NCBI GenBank assembly: GCA_965116555.1
Contig: OZ220698.1
Span: 984,709 to 1,048,708 of the forward strand
Source of the DNA: Dehalococcoidia bacterium
Lineage (GTDB): Bacteria > Chloroflexota > Dehalococcoidia > Lucifugimonadales > QGNO01
Length of the DNA: 64,000 nucleotides
Direction: 5' to 3'
A program made the translations under genes and the position numbers. Below, piece by piece: positions 9,539 through 17,722 of the stretch (its first letter is position 1; each line of letters begins with the position of its first letter). The notes under the pieces are model-generated. The model saw nothing but the letters and a program-made list of their open reading frames with translations, had not been told where the DNA came from and made no database searches.

Positions 9539-10915
9539 ATGCAACAACGGGTGACACTCCCACATAAGCAGATCAACGCGGACTTACTTAATGTCACGCT
9601 GAAAGCTCCGCTGTGGTGGTGGATTACAGTCGGCATTCTGGGGATTTTTGTGCTGCTGGCATTTCTTTCCGTCAGCCTCATGGTCAACAAAGGGCTGGGG
9701 GTAACCGGGCTGAACCGCCCCATAATGTGGGGCTTCTTCATAGTAGACTTTGTGTTCTGGATAGGTATCAGCCACGCAGGAGTCATGCTCTCCGCAATCC
9801 TGAGACTGAGCAAAGCGGAATGGCGCCGTCCTGCAACACGCGCCGCCGAGGTTCTCACGGTTCTTTCGCTGCTGTGGGCGGCGCTGCATCCAGTGGTACA
9901 CGCCGGACGTCTCTGGCGCGTGCTCTACTGGGCGTTCCCCTACGACTTTTCCAGGGGGCTGTGGATCAACGTGCGCTCGCCCTTGATTTGGGACCCCAGC
10001 GCCATCTTCACCTATCTCACGGGAAGCACTCTCTTCGTAATTGTGGCCTTGATTCCCGACTTGGCTGTCCTGCGAGACAGGACTACCGGGCTGCGCCACC
10101 AAATATACAGCCTGCTGGCCATGGGCTGGCGAGGTACGCCGCGCCAGTGGAAGCTCCAGATAGTGGCAGGATTCCTGCTTTCCGCATTGCTGCTGCCGGT
10201 ATTCGTCTCTGTGCATAGCATAGTGTCGTGGGACTTTGCCGTGGCCATATCCGTTGAGGCGTGGCACGTCACCATCTTCGCTCCTTACTTCGTCATCGGA
10301 GCGGTGCACTCCGGAGTGTCGGCAGTGGTCACCATGATGATCCTGATGCGGTGGCTATTCGGCTGGCATGCCTATATACGTGAAGAGCACATGGACGCCC
10401 TGGGCAAACTGCTCATTGTGATAGCCACGGCATGGCTGTACTTCTTCTTCCTGGAGTTCTCCTTCGCGCTGTTCAGCCAGGAGTCCCAGGAAATCGCGCT
10501 CCGCGAACTTCAGGTGTTCACCTGGCCGTGGTGGCCGCTGTTCGTCGTATTCATCATTGCCTCTTACCTCTTCCCGGTCCCCATGTGGCTATCGAGAAGG
10601 GTGCGCCGCAACTGGGTGCTGATGCTCATTACATCGCTGACGGTCAACGTGGGTATGTGGCTGGAGCGACTGATAATTGTGATCCCCGGCCTGGCGCGGA
10701 AGACGCCGTTCAGCTTCGATTGGGGCGCGTACAGTCCCAGCCTTATCGAAATCACGATCATAGTAGGGGGATTTGCATTCGTCTTCATGGCGCTCCTCTT
10801 GTTCGCCAAGGTGTTCCCCCTGATTCCTCTGTTCGATATCAAGGAAGGCCAGACTTTGAGCGAAGACATTAAAATTGGACGGAGAAGCGTGCCGGCTCTC
10901 CGCGTAGAGGAGTAG
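9539..10915 (+). CDS. actC: ACIII quinol-interacting NrfD-family subunit ActC
   Basis: Contains GLGVTGLNRPIMWGFFIVDFVFWIGISHAGVMLSAILRLSKAEWRRP, which matches the ActC/NrfD N-terminal signature. 458 aa, polytopic. Followed by actD. Confidence 0.8.
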   Translation: MQQRVTLPHKQINADLLNVTLKAPLWWWITVGILGIFVLLAFLSVSLMVNKGLGVTGLNRPIMWGFFIVDFVFWIGISHAGVMLSAILRLSKAEWRRPATRAAEVLTVLSLLWAALHPVVHAGRLWRVLYWAFPYDFSRGLWINVRSPLIWDPSAIFTYLTGSTLFVIVALIPDLAVLRDRTTGLRHQIYSLLAMGWRGTPRQWKLQIVAGFLLSALLLPVFVSVHSIVSWDFAVAISVEAWHVTIFAPYFVIGAVHSGVSAVVTMMILMRWLFGWHAYIREEHMDALGKLLIVIATAWLYFFFLEFSFALFSQESQEIALRELQVFTWPWWPLFVVFIIASYLFPVPMWLSRRVRRNWVLMLITSLTVNVGMWLERLIIVIPGLARKTPFSFDWGAYSPSLIEITIIVGGFAFVFMALLLFAKVFPLIPLFDIKEGQTLSEDIKIGRRSVPALRVEE

Positions 10916-10927
10916 AGGAGCAGGACA

Positions 10928-11434
10928 ATGACTCAGATGCTTGGACTATTCAAAGAAGAAGAGGAAGCTGCCAGCGCCACTGAGGCCCTTCAGCAAGCAG
11001 GCCACAGCAACGAATCGTTCGATATCCTGACGGGCTCGCCCTATCCGGAAGGCGCGTTTGGAGAGCCTGAGCCCAAGCACAGGCTGTACGTCTTCCCGCT
11101 GATGGGCGCCATCACGGGATTCTCCGTGGGACTTCTCCTGATGACCGCCACGCAGGCGGCCTTCCCACTGGTTGTGGGCGGCAAGCCCATACTCTCCATA
11201 CCGGCAATGCTCATACCCATGTACGAAGGCACTATGCTGGGAGCAATCCTGTTCACTGTGGCAGGCATAATCTTCGAGTCCAGGTTACCCAACTTGAAGG
11301 GCGGGCTGTACGACCCGCGCATTACGGAGGGATACATAGGAATAACCATGCAGGTTCCGGCTGACACGGCGCCTTCCGTGGAGCAGATTCTAAAGCAAGC
11401 AGGCGCCGAGGACGTCCTGCAGCGTGAAGGGTGA
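10928..11434 (+). CDS. actD: ACIII membrane subunit ActD (DUF3341-like)
   Basis: 168 aa with a soluble N-terminal part followed by two TM helices (VFPLMGAITGFSVGLLLM.., ..MLGAILFTVAGIIF). Its position between actC and actE fits ActD. Confidence 0.7.
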   Translation: MTQMLGLFKEEEEAASATEALQQAGHSNESFDILTGSPYPEGAFGEPEPKHRLYVFPLMGAITGFSVGLLLMTATQAAFPLVVGGKPILSIPAMLIPMYEGTMLGAILFTVAGIIFESRLPNLKGGLYDPRITEGYIGITMQVPADTAPSVEQILKQAGAEDVLQREG

Positions 11435-12060
11435 ACACCGGCTTACTTAAGATAGAGATGAGTCTAGCACGAATGAAACTAGCCAAACAGAACAATAGAA
11501 GACTGGTCATCTTCGCGGCATTGAGCATTCTTATCGTATCGATGCTGGGTTGCTCAACCGGGACATATCCCATTGACATTTTCCCGGAGATGCACTACCA
11601 GCAGTCGTACAAGATTCAAGAGCCGCCCAGTCTTTCCGCGCCGCCCGGCTCCGTGCCCATTTCAGGCGGGGAAGTGCTGTTCGAATTTACCGATGCCGGA
11701 GACGTGACTAGTCCGTTCCCTTCCAGCCAGGCAACGATTCAGCGAGGCGCGGATCTGTTCCGCGTCAACTGCTCAGTGTGTCATGGAGCCGGAGGTGAAG
11801 GAGACGGCCCAATGAAAGCAAAGCTGGAAGAGTCTGGATATTCCGGAACAGTTGCCAATCTGACCACCGGCGCCACCCCCAACAGGCCCGACGGCGAGGT
11901 GTTCTTCATAATCAGCCATGGATGGGTGGCGACCCTGATGGGAATGGGTATGTCGGAAGATGCGGCATCTCAGTTCCTCATGCCTCCCTTTAGGCACCTA
12001 ATCAGCGAGGACGACCGTTGGATGATTGTCCACTACTTGAGGTCCATCGAAAGTAGCTGA
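11431..12060 (+). CDS. actE: ACIII monoheme cytochrome c subunit ActE (probable lipoprotein)
   Basis: Single CSVCHG heme motif and a lipobox-like SMLGC. GTG 11431 overlaps the actD stop; ATG 11458 is an alternative start. Confidence 0.75.
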   Translation: MNTGLLKIEMSLARMKLAKQNNRRLVIFAALSILIVSMLGCSTGTYPIDIFPEMHYQQSYKIQEPPSLSAPPGSVPISGGEVLFEFTDAGDVTSPFPSSQATIQRGADLFRVNCSVCHGAGGEGDGPMKAKLEESGYSGTVANLTTGATPNRPDGEVFFIISHGWVATLMGMGMSEDAASQFLMPPFRHLISEDDRWMIVHYLRSIESS

Positions 12061-12109
12061 CATCCTTTCTCCATTCAACCGAACCCTGCTTCCGCTTCAC
12101 ATCGCGGCA

Positions 12110-12138
12110 CTGACCAGCCCCGCTCTCACTGCTATACT
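12110..12138 (+). promoter_or_regulatory. Possible sigma-70-type promoter for the ccm genes
   Basis: CTGACC, 17 nt spacer, TATACT, ending 21 nt upstream of the ccmH TTG start. Confidence 0.3.
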
Positions 12139-12159
12139 TAGCTCTAAACCTTACTAGGC

Positions 12160-12681
12160 TTGGGAATTTTGGTAATTAGGTCGCGGCAGCACAATCGGGC
12201 AGGGGGTGTTCTGGCCTTAGTCGCCGTCTTTGCCTTGCTTGCCGTCGCTTGCCAGGGAAGCAGTGTGGAGCCTTCTCAGGAAGAGCGAGCACAGGCGCTG
12301 AACAAGGAACTGATGTGCCCGGTGTGTCCCAGCGAGACCATCGACCAGTCTCAGGTAGAACTAGCGAAACAGATGAGAGCCATAGTGCGTGAAAGGCTGG
12401 AGGACGGCGAATCCGAGCAGGAAATCAAGGACTTCTTTGTGGATAGATACGGCGACAACGTGCTGGCCGCGCCACCCGCAAGGGGCTTTAATATAGTTGT
12501 CTGGGTAGTAGCAGGGCTGGTGCTTCCCATCGCCGCGATCAGCCTGGTACTGGCTCTAAGGGTGATGAGACGGCGTGGGGAAACCGTACCAGCACCGGCC
12601 CAGTCCAAAGCGGACGATGAAAAAGTGGAGACGTATCTCTCCAGAGTGGACGAAGAGATGTCGGAGACCCTTGGTAGGTAG
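12160..12681 (+). CDS. ccmH: Cytochrome c-type biogenesis protein CcmH
   Basis: LMCPVCPSETIDQS matches the CcmH CxxC ... DS motif. Has a signal/lipobox (LLAVAC) and a C-terminal TM anchor. Confidence 0.8.
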   Translation: MGILVIRSRQHNRAGGVLALVAVFALLAVACQGSSVEPSQEERAQALNKELMCPVCPSETIDQSQVELAKQMRAIVRERLEDGESEQEIKDFFVDRYGDNVLAAPPARGFNIVVWVVAGLVLPIAAISLVLALRVMRRRGETVPAPAQSKADDEKVETYLSRVDEEMSETLGR

Positions 12682-12695
12682 CAAGAGAGGTTAGA

Positions 12696-14678
12696 TTGGC
12701 AGAGACAGGATTTGTTTCATTGCTAATTGCGCTTGCCTTGTCCATATACGGGTTGATTGGATCAGTGGTGGGGAAGGGGACCGGGGCATACCAGTTGCAA
12801 GAGAGCGCCAAGCGAACGGCTTACCTTGTGCCTGCGGCGCTCCTCATATCCACGCTCTCGCTGGTGGTGGCCTTTTTGCGCCGCGACTTCAGCCTGGAGT
12901 ACGTAGCCGGTAACAGCAACCTGGCCATGGATCCGATTTATACCTGGGTAGCCTTCTATGCCGGCAACGAAGGGTCTTTGCTCTACATAGCTTTTGTCCT
13001 TTCATTGATGACCGCCGCCGTAGCCGCCTTTGCTCCCAGGACTTTGAGAGGCAGCATGCCCTATACGCTGGCCATTCTCTTGGGAGTGCAGACGTTTTTC
13101 CTTGGCGTGATGAGCATCATGGCAAACCCCTTCGACGTTTTGCCCACTACTCCTCCCGACGGACAGGGCATAAATCCGCTGCTGACCCATCCCGGGATGT
13201 TCTTCCATCCGCCCATGCTCATGGCCGGACTGATAGGCGTTTCCGTGCCCTTTGCCCTGGCTATGGGCATACTCATCAATAACAGCACCTCCGATGATTG
13301 GGTGGATGCAGGACGCGTATGGAGCCTGATTATCTGGGCAATTCTGGGAATAGGGCTGCTACTGGGATCATGGTGGGCCTATACCATACTTGGCTGGGGA
13401 GGTTACTGGGCGTGGGACCCCATTGAAAACGTTGCCCTGATGCCCTGGCTGGTCCTGACCGGATTCCTGCACTCAATCATGGTGCAGAAGCGAAGAGGCC
13501 TGTTCAGAGTATGGAACATTGTACTAATGAACGTGGCCTTTACACTGGCTCTGTTTGGTATTTTCATCAACCGCGGTGGGCCCGTTGTATCCGTACACTC
13601 CTTTGCCTCCTCCACCCTGGGATGGGTCTTCCTGGGGTTTATGGTGTTCAGCTTGCTCTTCTCCTTTGGCGTCTTCTTCATCAGGTACGGCAGTTTGCGC
13701 AGCACGTCTTCCCTGGACTCAACGCTGTCCAGGGAAGCGGCGTTTCTTGCCAATAATCTGCTCTTGCTGGCCATTGCGTTTGTGACCCTGTGGGGCGTCG
13801 TATTTCCCCTTATCTCGGATGTGTTCCGCGGCGTCACGGTCACAGTCGGCGCACCGTTCTACGACCGGGTCAACGGGCCGTTGTTCCTGGTGCTGATCTT
13901 CCTCATGGGAGTGGGCCCCTTGATGCCCTGGAGAACCGCGTCCTGGTCGACATTGAGAAGGGCCGTCCAGACTCCAGGGCTCGTGGCGCTGGGAACAGTG
14001 GCTCTGCTGCTGGCTTTTCGCATAACCCAACCCTTCGCCCTGATAAGCTACGGCCTTTGCGCTTTTGTGGCTGCAGGCATAGTACGCGAATGGGCAAGGG
14101 GAACAGCGTCACGGCACAGAAATGGCGAGAGCTATCCGCGGGCTTTTCTTGGCCTCATTGCATCCAACCGGCCGCGATACGGGGGATACATCGTGCACCT
14201 GGCAGTAGTCGCCCTTGCCCTGGGAGTGGCAGGGTCTTCCTTCTACGACGTGCAGCGAGACGTCATCCTGGCGCCGGGCGAATCCGTAGAGGTGGAAGAT
14301 TATACAATTGAATACACGGGGACTAGGGTCCAGCTACGATCCGACAGGACTGAGTTCCTCAACGATTTGCAGGTATCCCAGGGCAACGGAGAGCCCAAGG
14401 CAATGATGGCGTGGCGCGCCCTTTATCCGGCTCAGAACATCGCGGCCACCAGGGCAGCCATCAGATCGACGCCCATAGAAGACCTGTACATCGTCTCCAG
14501 CGAATCATTGGAAGACGGCAGGGTTGCTTTCAGAATACTGGTTAACCCTCTGGTTTGGTGGATGTGGCTGGCAGGGCCAATACTTGTCCTTGGAACGTTC
14601 GTTGCGTTATGGCCCCAGCAGGTCTCCACCACTGTCAGAGCACAGAGGCCGGTTGAAAGTTCCGTGACGGCAGTGTGA
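12696..14678 (+). CDS. ccmF: Cytochrome c heme lyase subunit CcmF
   Basis: 660 aa, polytopic, with the WWD motif WGGYWAWDPIENVALMPWL. Confidence 0.9.
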   Translation: MAETGFVSLLIALALSIYGLIGSVVGKGTGAYQLQESAKRTAYLVPAALLISTLSLVVAFLRRDFSLEYVAGNSNLAMDPIYTWVAFYAGNEGSLLYIAFVLSLMTAAVAAFAPRTLRGSMPYTLAILLGVQTFFLGVMSIMANPFDVLPTTPPDGQGINPLLTHPGMFFHPPMLMAGLIGVSVPFALAMGILINNSTSDDWVDAGRVWSLIIWAILGIGLLLGSWWAYTILGWGGYWAWDPIENVALMPWLVLTGFLHSIMVQKRRGLFRVWNIVLMNVAFTLALFGIFINRGGPVVSVHSFASSTLGWVFLGFMVFSLLFSFGVFFIRYGSLRSTSSLDSTLSREAAFLANNLLLLAIAFVTLWGVVFPLISDVFRGVTVTVGAPFYDRVNGPLFLVLIFLMGVGPLMPWRTASWSTLRRAVQTPGLVALGTVALLLAFRITQPFALISYGLCAFVAAGIVREWARGTASRHRNGESYPRAFLGLIASNRPRYGGYIVHLAVVALALGVAGSSFYDVQRDVILAPGESVEVEDYTIEYTGTRVQLRSDRTEFLNDLQVSQGNGEPKAMMAWRALYPAQNIAATRAAIRSTPIEDLYIVSSESLEDGRVAFRILVNPLVWWMWLAGPILVLGTFVALWPQQVSTTVRAQRPVESSVTAV

Positions 14679-14687
14679 GGTAAGCTA

Positions 14688-15029
14688 GTGGGACTGATCA
14701 TAGGCATATTGCTGGGGTTGTTCTGCCTCGTAGTTCTGGCACTCCCTTTCCTCAGAAGAGAGAGGGCAGGGGGGCTTCATACCGGTAATCCTGGCAGTCT
14801 CAGGGAAAAGCGGATTTCCATCTACCAGGAAATCAGAACTCTGGAGAATGATCTCAACCTGGGCCAAGTATCGCCGGAAGATTACGAAAAACGGCTCCAT
14901 GATTACCGGCTGCGCGCCGCTAAGCTATTGATGGAAGAAGAGGAACTGAAGCAGATTGACCTTGACTTGGAAGAGGAGATCAATCTGCGCAGAAATAACG
15001 GCCGCAACTCCACGCAAGATAATGCCTAA
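14688..15029 (+). CDS. Small TM + coiled-coil protein resembling the N-terminal module of CcmI
   Basis: One N-terminal TM (IIGILLGLFCLVVLALPFL), then LENDLNLGQVSPEDYEKRLHDYRLRAAKLL, similar to the CcmI N-terminal segment. No TPR domain. Confidence 0.5.
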   Translation: MGLIIGILLGLFCLVVLALPFLRRERAGGLHTGNPGSLREKRISIYQEIRTLENDLNLGQVSPEDYEKRLHDYRLRAAKLLMEEEELKQIDLDLEEEINLRRNNGRNSTQDNA

Positions 15030-16239
15030 CGCGGTTAGCATTACGCGGTCTGGCGCAGCTCTGTTGATTGCGTCGCTCGTCCTGCTTCTGACCGTTGCCT
15101 CCACGTCCAATGCACAACAGGAAGCGGCCTTGATCTCAGGCGAGGTGGTCAACGGCACGCCCGGAGGGGAACTGCATGCCAGCAGGCTAGTGGTGTTGCA
15201 CATACTTATGGAGGATGGAGACCAGGACTTCAGGTCTACCTCCACGGACGCAAACGGGGCGTTTAGCTTTGCAGACGTGCCTACGGCAGGGGTCTTGGGA
15301 TATCTCCTTGTAGCCACGCATCAGGGCGTTGACTATACGCTGGAGATCCTGCCCGGAGAAGCACTGACCGGCCTTGAACTGGAGATATTCGAAACAACCA
15401 CCAGCATCGAGACCGTTGAGATCGTTCTGGACAGCGTGATGATTGCCGATTGGGATGTGACTGGCAGGACGCTTTCCGTGCTTGAGCTTGTCCAACTGGA
15501 GAACAGCGGCAGCGAGACCTTTGTTCCCGACCTGAGTCAGCCGGCCAACATGGCTTTCCTGAGGTTTGCCTTGCCCAGCGATTCCACAGACCTGCAAGTA
15601 CAAACACAGCTTCCGGAAGGCCAGGTGCTTCAGGTAGACCGTGGCTTTGCTATCACCACGGCGGTGCCCCCGGGTCAACACGGTATGGCCTTCACCTATA
15701 CGACGCCGTATCAAGGAGACCGTGTCGATTTTTCAAAGAGGTTCTCGCTAGGCGCACAGGCTTTCCGCCTCCTCGTACCCGTAGACCTTGGCTCAGCCAT
15801 TAACTCCTCATTGAGCAGCGGCGACGATGTCCAAATCGGAGACACGGATTTTCGAGTGCTGCAAGCCGAGGACGTCCCCCCAGGCGGGACCGTCGACGTT
15901 ATACTGGAGGATCTTCCCCAACCGTCCTTGCTCAGTACTGTAACAAACAGCCTAAGCGAGTCCACCGCAATTTGGTTGGTGCCCATAGCACTGGTCCTGG
16001 GTTTGGCGGGACTACTTGTCATTGGCATCCTAAGAAGAAGGAGAGTGCCTCTGGTTGCGGAAGGTAGCGCCGTGCAAGGAGTTTCCAACAGGAATAAGCT
16101 TATACGGGCAATAGTGGAGCTTGACAACCGTCTCGAGCGCAACGAAGTCACGGAGCAGGAGCACGAACATCAACGACAGATCCTCAAGGCACGGCTGCTG
16201 GAACAGGAGATGAACGCAAGGGAGACCCTTGAGAAGTAG
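15022..16239 (+). CDS. Secreted beta-sandwich (carboxypeptidase-regulatory-like) protein with C-terminal TM and coiled coil
   Basis: ATG 15022 overlaps the upstream stop. Signal peptide ends LLLTVASTSNAQQ. Contains ISGEVVNGTPGG...TDANGAFSFADVP, and the C-terminus has TM IALVLGLAGLLVIGIL plus a charged helix. The track start at 14956 lies inside the previous ORF. Confidence 0.6.
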   Translation: MPNAVSITRSGAALLIASLVLLLTVASTSNAQQEAALISGEVVNGTPGGELHASRLVVLHILMEDGDQDFRSTSTDANGAFSFADVPTAGVLGYLLVATHQGVDYTLEILPGEALTGLELEIFETTTSIETVEIVLDSVMIADWDVTGRTLSVLELVQLENSGSETFVPDLSQPANMAFLRFALPSDSTDLQVQTQLPEGQVLQVDRGFAITTAVPPGQHGMAFTYTTPYQGDRVDFSKRFSLGAQAFRLLVPVDLGSAINSSLSSGDDVQIGDTDFRVLQAEDVPPGGTVDVILEDLPQPSLLSTVTNSLSESTAIWLVPIALVLGLAGLLVIGILRRRRVPLVAEGSAVQGVSNRNKLIRAIVELDNRLERNEVTEQEHEHQRQILKARLLEQEMNARETLEK

Positions 16240-16792
16240 AGCGCTGGTGCTTATTGGAATAGCCCTACCCATAGCGGCGCTGGTTGCGTTGATGGGATGG
16301 GCGTTGGCGCAGACGGGAGGCAATCCGGGAGGCCTGGGAATCAATAGCATGTCGGGAGAGGTGGACATAGAACCGGGCGTTGCTCCACCCCTTACCATGC
16401 CTCTGTTGGGAGGCGGCGATCTGGACGTGGAGGACTTGAGGGGCAAAATAGTGCTGGTCGACTTCTGGAGCTCCTGGTGTCCACCTTGTATTGCTGAAGC
16501 CTCGGACTTGTCCGACACGTACCGCCTCTATGAAGACGAAGACGTTGAGTTCGTAGGCGTTGCCATCTGGGACAAGGAGTCTGACGTTAACGAACACGTA
16601 GACAGGTTCAATGTCACCTATCTGAACGGTATAGACTCGCAGGGCAAGATAGCCATTGGCTACGGCGTGCGCGGCGTACCGGAAAAGTTCTTCTTGGACA
16701 GGGAGGGGCGCCTGGTCAAGAAATACGTTGGCCCAATTTCCAGCGAGACTCTGCAGGCCATGCTGGACAGTCTCCTAGCGCAATCCGGCTGA
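16229..16792 (+). CDS. ccmG: Thiol:disulfide oxidoreductase CcmG/ResA/TlpA family
   Basis: N-terminal anchor and thioredoxin motif FWSSWCPPC. Lies in the ccm cluster. TTG 16229 overlaps the upstream stop; GTG 16247 is an alternative start. Confidence 0.8.
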   Translation: MRSRALVLIGIALPIAALVALMGWALAQTGGNPGGLGINSMSGEVDIEPGVAPPLTMPLLGGGDLDVEDLRGKIVLVDFWSSWCPPCIAEASDLSDTYRLYEDEDVEFVGVAIWDKESDVNEHVDRFNVTYLNGIDSQGKIAIGYGVRGVPEKFFLDREGRLVKKYVGPISSETLQAMLDSLLAQSG

Positions 16793-16804
16793 GGAACAAC
16801 TGCC

Positions 16805-16948
16805 ATGCGTAGATATCCAAACCGCAGAAGGCGTCGAAAAGCACAGCAGCACTCTAAACTCACCAAAAGGAGCAGCGTCCCTTGGTGGGTAATAGCCGCA
16901 CTTCTAGCCGTAGCGCTTGTAATCGCGGCGGCCAGGCTTCTCCAATAG
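16805..16948 (+). CDS. Candidate 47-aa single-TM small protein (absent from the ORF track)
   Basis: ATG at 16805 with GAGGA about 8 nt upstream. Translation MRRYPNRRRRRKAQQHSKLTKRSSVPWWVIAALLAVALVIAAARLLQ has a basic N-terminus and one TM. Support is sequence-only. Confidence 0.3.
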   Translation: MRRYPNRRRRRKAQQHSKLTKRSSVPWWVIAALLAVALVIAAARLLQ

Positions 16949-17023
16949 CTCCGTGGTGAGTACCCTTGACGCAAACTCTGAGCTATGATTTAAGTGATTT
17001 AGAGAAAACGGAGAGGGAAACAC

Positions 17024-17722
17024 TTGTCTGAACAAGTAGTTCTGGTGATTGAAGACGAAGAGAACCTTCTTAAGGCGATAAAGTACAACCTTGAGCAGGA
17101 CGGCTACAAGGTCCAATCGGCAATGGATGGGGAGCAAGGCTTGGATCTGGCCCGGCAGGTGGAACCCAGCTTCATTATTCTTGATATCATGCTGCCCAAG
17201 TTGGACGGTATAGAGGTGTGCCGCATCCTGAGACGTGAAAGCAACGTCCCCATTTTGATGCTTACAGCAAAGTCGGAAGAGATCGATAGGGTGGTGGGCT
17301 TGGAGCTCGGCGCGGATGACTACGTAACCAAACCGTTCAGCATGCGGGAGCTGATGGCTAGAACAAAAGCCATCCTGAGGCGTTACTCTCTACCAGCCAG
17401 CGATACCACTAAGGAACCGGGCAAGGTTCTCAAGGCCGGCAAGCTAGAGGTGAACATATCCAAGCACGTGGTCACTCTGGACGGCAATCTGCTGGAACTG
17501 AAGCCACGCGAGTTCGATCTGCTGGCGCTTCTTGTAGAAAACGCGGGGAGAGCCCTGACCAGAGACCAGATACTGGAGAACATCTGGGGACAGGACTACT
17601 ATGGGGACACCAGGACGGTGGACGTACACATCAGATGGCTACGAGAGAAGATAGAAGGCGATCCCGGCAGCCCCAAGCAGATTATAACTATACGAGGGGT
17701 GGGTTACCGCTTCGACGCATGA
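17024..17722 (+). CDS. OmpR/PhoB-family response regulator
   Basis: Receiver domain (VLVIEDEENL.., DIMLPKLDG, LTAKSEE) plus a winged-helix output domain (TVDVHIRWLREKI). Adjacent to the pst operon, so PhoP/PhoB-like. Confidence 0.85.
   Translation: MSEQVVLVIEDEENLLKAIKYNLEQDGYKVQSAMDGEQGLDLARQVEPSFIILDIMLPKLDGIEVCRILRRESNVPILMLTAKSEEIDRVVGLELGADDYVTKPFSMRELMARTKAILRRYSLPASDTTKEPGKVLKAGKLEVNISKHVVTLDGNLLELKPREFDLLALLVENAGRALTRDQILENIWGQDYYGDTRTVDVHIRWLREKIEGDPGSPKQIITIRGVGYRFDA

Noticed and set aside
14956-15021. Upstream extension of the 427-aa track ORF
   Set aside because: It lies inside the preceding CcmI-like ORF. ATG 15022 gives a normal signal peptide and overlaps the upstream stop.
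16660-16974. 104-aa minus-strand ORF after ccmG
   Set aside because: It overlaps the 3' end of ccmG and the better-supported 47-codon plus-strand ORF. It has no RBS or motifs.
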